In this document: piece after piece, positions 61,271 to 64,000 of the stretch
Numbering within the stretch: the first letter of the stretch is position 1
How the letters are laid out: each line of letters starts with the position of its first letter
Origin: Callorhinchus milii
Lineage: Eukaryota
Assembly (NCBI RefSeq): GCF_018977255.1
Contig: NW_024704742.1
Location: forward strand, 47,246,001 to 47,310,000
Direction: 5' to 3'
Length of the DNA stretch: 64,000 bases
Made by a program: the position numbers and the translations under genes
Notes under the pieces: model-generated
Told to the model about the DNA's origin: nothing
The model's input: only the letters and a program-made list of their open reading frames with translations
Databases searched by the model: none

Positions 61271-62497
61271 ACTTATGTAGAACTAAATGACAGGAATCTT
61301 GTGAAGTGGATTCACTGCTGCCACCTATGGGATATTTGGTTACATTGCATCTGATATAAAGAAAATACTGCAAATGATTGAGGACGGCAGAGTTCTGCAC
61401 TGGATGTTCTCTCCCTATTGAGAGATTAAGACCAAAACAAAACTTCTCTTGAGATTAAGACATTTGGGATCTGAAATTATATGTTTTCATTTAAGCACTA
61501 ATGAGCTGATTCCATCGATTTGTCCAGTTAGGAACCGTATAATCATTGGTGTGCCGGCTGGCAAAAAATTATTAGAACCAAAGTGGTAAGAATCAAAGCC
61601 CTAGTAACTTGTCTACCTCTTGAAGTCCCATCAATTTGTGAACATGCTAGAAAATCGAGCTTAGAACTGAGTAGGTCAGAAATTAGATCAGAAAACAGTG
61701 CTGTAAAAATGTGCTCAGAAGTACATTGACGAAGGAATCAACTAAGGTGTTTAAAAGAAAATAGATACTTGAGAAGTAAGGGTAATAGGGAAAATGCAGG
61801 GAAATGCGAATAAAATATCTGCCTTGGTCCTATACATGATGGAATAGATGTAATGGGTTAAGTGGCCTCCACCTTTTCTAAATCAACCAGTAATACCAAC
61901 AATACTTTGTTCCTGGTTTGGTTTGCAGATTGAGATGCCATATAATCTTGGCTCAACTCAAATCTCCCTGTGATGGGCATGTCATCTCTCAGCCGAGAAG
62001 CTCTTAATTCCTTCCCTCACCTACTGGTTACTGTGTAGCTTCGGGAGCAGAATCATAAACAAAAATTGCCAAATCAGGTAAAGGGGCATGCTTCGTAGGA
62101 AAATACACCAAGGCATTGTGTGGCATTGAGCAACGCAGATCTGGGACTTCTGTGTTTACTCCCTGGTGCACTGTTTGCTGATTTAAGATGGGCTAGTAAT
62201 AACAGATCCTTGGAAAGACTGCATGATTTGCCCAATTAGATGAGCTAATTTCCAACTTGGTTTTTATATGAATGTTTGTGTCTTTTCAAACGATGTTTCC
62301 CCATCGGCACATGCCTCTTTGATCCTGGTCTGATCTGCTTTTTTGGCCAGCAAAGTGAGCACTTTCTCCTTAGAGTGATGCACCCCACTTATCAAATTCT
62401 GGAGAGAAGTTTGGTACACATTGGTAAGAGTCAGCGCTTGGGGATTTCGGAGCGTGCACTCCAAGTGTTTAACCTCTAAACAAATGCTCGCTTACAG

Positions 62498-62608
62498 AAA
62501 ATGAAGCCAAAAAATGAACAAGAAGAAAACGAGCTAGTTCTATCGATGCTGAGACAGCTGTATGAGGAGCAACAGAAACTGCACAACCACAATGGAGATG
62601 CAAAGCAG
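62498..62608 (+). CDS. TBC1D1: TBC1D1 coding exon (111 nt, phase 0-0); gene continues beyond the window
   Basis: ttacag|KMKPKNEQEENELVLSMLRQLYEEQQKLHNHNGDAKQ|gtcaaa; homologous to KLRPRNEQRENELIISFLRCLYEE of mammalian TBC1D1. Confidence 0.92.
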
Positions 62609-64000
62609 GTCAAAAAATGCTCCTTGCATTCGATTATTGCTTTGTACAAATATATTGTCTTTTTTTGTGGTGGAATTGTTCTAAAATGAAAAATAGCAGT
62701 ATTATTTGTGTAGTGTAACACATTTGATCAATTCTTTCATTTATTACAGCATGATGTTCATTACATAATGTTTGACATAAGCTGCTGAGGATTCATAGGG
62801 GGTTTAATTTGTGGTTTGCATAAACAACCCAGAGACAACATTGTCAGGTGGCTATTGAAGCTGATTCAATAGAATTGTTTAAAAGGGGAACCATTCTATT
62901 GTTCCCCATATTTCTTAATGTAAAAACATTCAGGGATGTGGAGAAAAGCTGCAAGGTGGGATTTATAAGAAAGGTCACCTCAGAGACACCCACTAAAGTG
63001 GTCAACTTGCTAATGTGGACGTTTTTTCCAATCACTTCCATTTGCACATTATAGTTAGAGTTTCTGATTTTCAGGGTTAATTGTTTTAGAAATATTCGGA
63101 CCATCTATGTAGATGTCCAAAAATGGGTGTTTTTCATGGATTTTGCTTTTAAGCTTTGCATCCTTGTTATTGAACCCCTGGTTTAGCATTTAATACATGT
63201 AACATTCCCTGGCACTAGACCTATATTATTTACAACACTTTTACCATTCTAAATTTATATGCTAACACCAGATTGCACCAATGCCCCTATAAATTCATCC
63301 AGAACATCAATCCCCTAATTTCTTTTTCTTTTAAGCCTTTCCATAGTTTCATTATATAACAACTGATTTGTAGCACTAGAGGCACTTGGTTCTGAAGGTG
63401 TATTTTTCAGGTGTATATGGGTTACTCAACCAGAATTACAGAACTGCAGATGTTCGCTAATTCTGGTAGAAGTTGTTCCTGCCACAATATGTATTGTAAG
63501 TCTACAGTACCTTCTATAGAAATGCAGGAATTTGCCACCACTCAAGCCAAGGATCAGGGACGTCGCAGGAAAGGGATGAGAAATCAACTTGAATTGAGGA
63601 ACTACTTCTAGGGTTCATTGGACACGTACAGATTTCATTTTTTTTGTATAAGGAGTATTTAATGGGGGTTATTGGTTAAAACTGAATCAGAAGCCCTATT
63701 TATAGTATATTGTATCGTAATAGAAACTCCTTTAGGCCGCCACCTCACGTCCTGTTCAGTTGGTCACTGATCGATGTTCCTAACTGCTATTCATCAATGG
63801 AGAGGTCGGCCAGAGTGTGTGCAGCACCTTCATGATGTGTAATCAAAATAGCAAACCGCACTGAAGTATTTTAGGACTATTCCCCCTGGATGAGGCACTG
63901 TATTAGTGGATCATGCAGCAGCATGAGTTGCTTCCATGAACGTGGGAGGAAAAAGAAAACAACCCAATTCTGATTTGAAACTGCAGATATTTCAGGCCTC

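Noticed and set aside
50825..62608. Assignment as TBC1D4/AS160
   Set aside because: Diagnostic segments ([45 protein letters not shown]) match TBC1D1.

Overview
Eukaryotic (vertebrate) genomic DNA. The repeat content (L2 and CR1 LINEs, Deu-type and CORE/Meta-type tRNA-SINEs, a Penelope-type remnant) points to a cartilaginous fish, possibly a chimaera; this is inference. The window lies inside a + strand TBC1D1 gene (Rab-GAP, AS160 family). The first ~50.8 kb appears to be one long intron, followed by six GT-AG, phase-compatible coding exons (50825-62608) covering the second PTB region. The intron holds: (1) an apparently intact, single-ORF L2 LINE (35845-40643) whose 5' end is 13 identical 88-bp CpG-rich monomers, inserted into an older L2 copy; (2) a candidate alternative first coding exon of TBC1D1 (MEMAPLFSWVAK, 25744-25779); (3) a TG..CA LTR-like element with a 4-bp TSD and a structured 3' part; (4) a mariner-type MITE; (5) a decayed Penelope-type hammerhead; (6) triply nested SINEs; and many LINE/SINE fragments. 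Nearly all other ORFs in the supplied track are repeat fragments or chance. Boundaries of decayed fragments are approximate.
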